A stretch of DNA of 64,000 nucleotides, taken from an uncultured candidate division Zixibacteria bacterium (GTDB lineage: Bacteria; Zixibacteria; MSB-5A5; GN15; FEB-12). Of the stretch, positions 62,428 through 64,000 are shown piece by piece. The position numbers were made by a program, and so were the translations under genes. The notes under the pieces were generated by a model, which made no database searches, was not told the origin of the DNA, and saw nothing but the letters and a program-made list of their open reading frames with translations. Location: contig CAWDXE010000005.1 in assembly GCA_963806185.1 (NCBI GenBank), forward strand, positions 96,001 through 160,000. The letters run 5' to 3'. Numbering within the stretch: position 1 is the stretch's first letter; every line of letters starts with the position of its first letter.

Positions 62428-62691
62428 ATGGAATGCGCATCAAAGGCAAAGCTCAACTGGTGGTTTATGGCGGGATCGCTGGCGGCCGTGCTCGCCACCT
62501 ACCTCATCAACAGCCACACCCCGTACCACTTTCTGGGCGGTGCCATCGGCGGTGGATTGCTGGCACTGTCGGGGCAGTTGTTCCTGATGCCCGGCGGGTC
62601 GAAATCGGTGCCTCGGGTAGCGGGCCTGACCGTGGTGGCGGCGGTCGCCACCGGGGCGGTGTTTGCGGGGCTTTTCCGCATCCTGTCGTAG
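62428..62691 (+). CDS. Small membrane protein (about 3 TM)
   Basis: AGGAG RBS before ATG 62428; hydrophobic segments. Confidence 0.6.
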   Translation: MECASKAKLNWWFMAGSLAAVLATYLINSHTPYHFLGGAIGGGLLALSGQLFLMPGGSKSVPRVAGLTVVAAVATGAVFAGLFRILS

Positions 62692-62792
62692 GACGAGGCG
62701 GCGGGGTGGTCCGCATCTCTGTATCGGCGCGGTTTTTGTGAGATCACGAAGACCTATCGGCAGCATCCGTCCGCTTAGAAGCGGACATCGAT

Positions 62793-62889
62793 GCTGCCCT
62801 ACGTTTGAGATGCAGCTCTACTCCTGAGTCGCTGCCCTACGTTTGAGATGCAGCTCCACTCCTGAGTCGCTGCCTTACGAATGAGATGC
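62793..62889. repeat. 38-bp tandem repeat (about 2.5 copies) anchored on a REP end (GCCCTAC)
   Basis: GCTGCCCTACGTTTGAGATGCAGCTCYACTCCTGAGTC at 62793 and 62831, partial at 62869. Confidence 0.85.
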
Positions 62890-62944
62890 TGACAGCAGAA
62901 GTGATACATTGCGGCTCACACGATTGTCTAAGTGAGGACTGATC

Positions 62945-63538
62945 ATGAGAAAAGGGTATTGGGTTGCATTGACACTCTTCTTCGCCGCGGCGAACGTGTT
63001 CTTGCTGTGGCGTTCAGGGCAGACGGGACATCACTCAGAGCCACCAATTCTCGCGACCATAGACGGTGTCACAGCGGACATTCGGGGGATGTATACGTAC
63101 CCGGGGATCGGAAAGGCGATGCTGCCGGAATCGCTGTCGGTAAGACAGCCGGCACTCTCGATGGTGGTCTGCTTTGATGCCAGGCTCGATTGTCCTATGC
63201 GGCTGACGGAGATTGAGGTCATCAAGAAACTGCTGCCGGCATTCTCTGAGCGCGGCCAGATTATTACCGCGATGGCGCGGCAGGCCGACTCGGCGGCGAT
63301 TCAACATTTTCTCGACTCGACAGGCTGCGGGCTGCCGTTGGTGGTCTACGATTCGGCCGACGGTGAGCAATTGGCGCAGATGGGCATTGGGCCGCAAGGG
63401 ACGCCATTCAAAATCATTTATGATTCAACGTTTACCGCAGTGTATATGCGCGGGGCCGACCCGACCCCGGAAAGCCAGGAACAATTCCGCGCGGTGGCGA
63501 TGCGACTCAGTGAACTGGCGATGAAGGGGGCATTGTAA
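62945..63538 (+). CDS. Hypothetical membrane-anchored protein, possibly degenerate thioredoxin fold
   Basis: GAGGA RBS; N-terminal TM; DCP..L.E and TPFKIIYD resemble TlpA-like motifs without CxxC. Confidence 0.65.
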   Translation: MRKGYWVALTLFFAAANVFLLWRSGQTGHHSEPPILATIDGVTADIRGMYTYPGIGKAMLPESLSVRQPALSMVVCFDARLDCPMRLTEIEVIKKLLPAFSERGQIITAMARQADSAAIQHFLDSTGCGLPLVVYDSADGEQLAQMGIGPQGTPFKIIYDSTFTAVYMRGADPTPESQEQFRAVAMRLSELAMKGAL

Positions 63539-63604
63539 TTCGAACGTGGAATCAAACATGAGCGATGAACCTGTGTAGGCACTCTCACGTGAAGGGTTCA
63601 AAAC

Positions 63605-63847
63605 ATGCGCATCTGGTTGGACCCAATTGCCATTGTCCTGCTGGCGGCTGGACTGATCATGCTGCTCCTGTCGGGATCGTATAGAACTGAACAGGGGAAG
63701 AAGACACTCTGGTATCGGCAGTGGGTGCCGTTCTACAAGAACAATCCCTACTACTCGGAACGGGGGCAGAAACTCGTGCGGCTGGCCTCGCATTCGATCG
63801 CCCTGGGAGCGATCGTGCTGATCGCGTCGTGGTTCGTTGGTGAGTGA
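63605..63847 (+). CDS. Small hypothetical membrane protein (2 TM)
   Basis: 80 aa ORF with two hydrophobic segments. Confidence 0.55.
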   Translation: MRIWLDPIAIVLLAAGLIMLLLSGSYRTEQGKKTLWYRQWVPFYKNNPYYSERGQKLVRLASHSIALGAIVLIASWFVGE

Positions 63848-64000
63848 TAGAAGACCCGCGAGCTGAAAGATCGCCACGGCGCGAAGCGCGCCTCGCGATG
63901 ACGCGTATGGTTGTTCGGAGTACATCGAGATGCTGAAGGCCGATAGGAATCGGTTTCAGCGTGACAGTATTGTTTGCCGCCGTTATATGGGCCGCGGGAC

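Noticed and set aside
62793..62889. Possible CRISPR array (38-bp repeats)
   Set aside because: Head-to-tail tandem repeat without spacers

Overview
This is 64 kb of a GC-rich bacterial chromosome. It is most likely candidate phylum Zixibacteria (FCB-related), inferred from two secreted proteins ending in a Cys-flanked dockerin-like double repeat and from an FlgD-Ig/T9SS-like C-terminal domain. Most genes are housekeeping: obgE, dprA, ptsH-ptsI, pgi/pmi, metK-ahcY, murQ, asnS, recA, an ECF sigma/anti-sigma pair, dnaE, acetoacetate-CoA ligase, glmM-glmS, suhB, a heterodimeric ABC exporter and etfB. These are interspersed with secreted proteins, lipoproteins and dense clusters of REP-like palindromes. 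I saw no tRNA, rRNA, CRISPR array, transposase or prophage. Five single-base frameshifts (dnaE, asnS twice, a GNAT and a membrane gene) look like sequencing errors. The most notable observations are: (1) an 88-bp identical, promoter-and-terminator-bounded small RNA candidate with a C-rich loop, present in two copies; (2) a perfect palindrome at the recA promoter matching the actinobacterial RecA-NDp/PafBC (WYL activator) motif; (3) an unannotated 53-55 aa Cys-rich mini-protein behind an ArsR regulator, with operators and an ECF-type promoter; (4) a four-gene uncharacterised membrane operon (DUF6754-like); (5) many apparently leaderless genes; and (6) mosaic REP hotspots with tandem duplications at REP ends. 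All family assignments are from motif recognition by eye, with no database searches.
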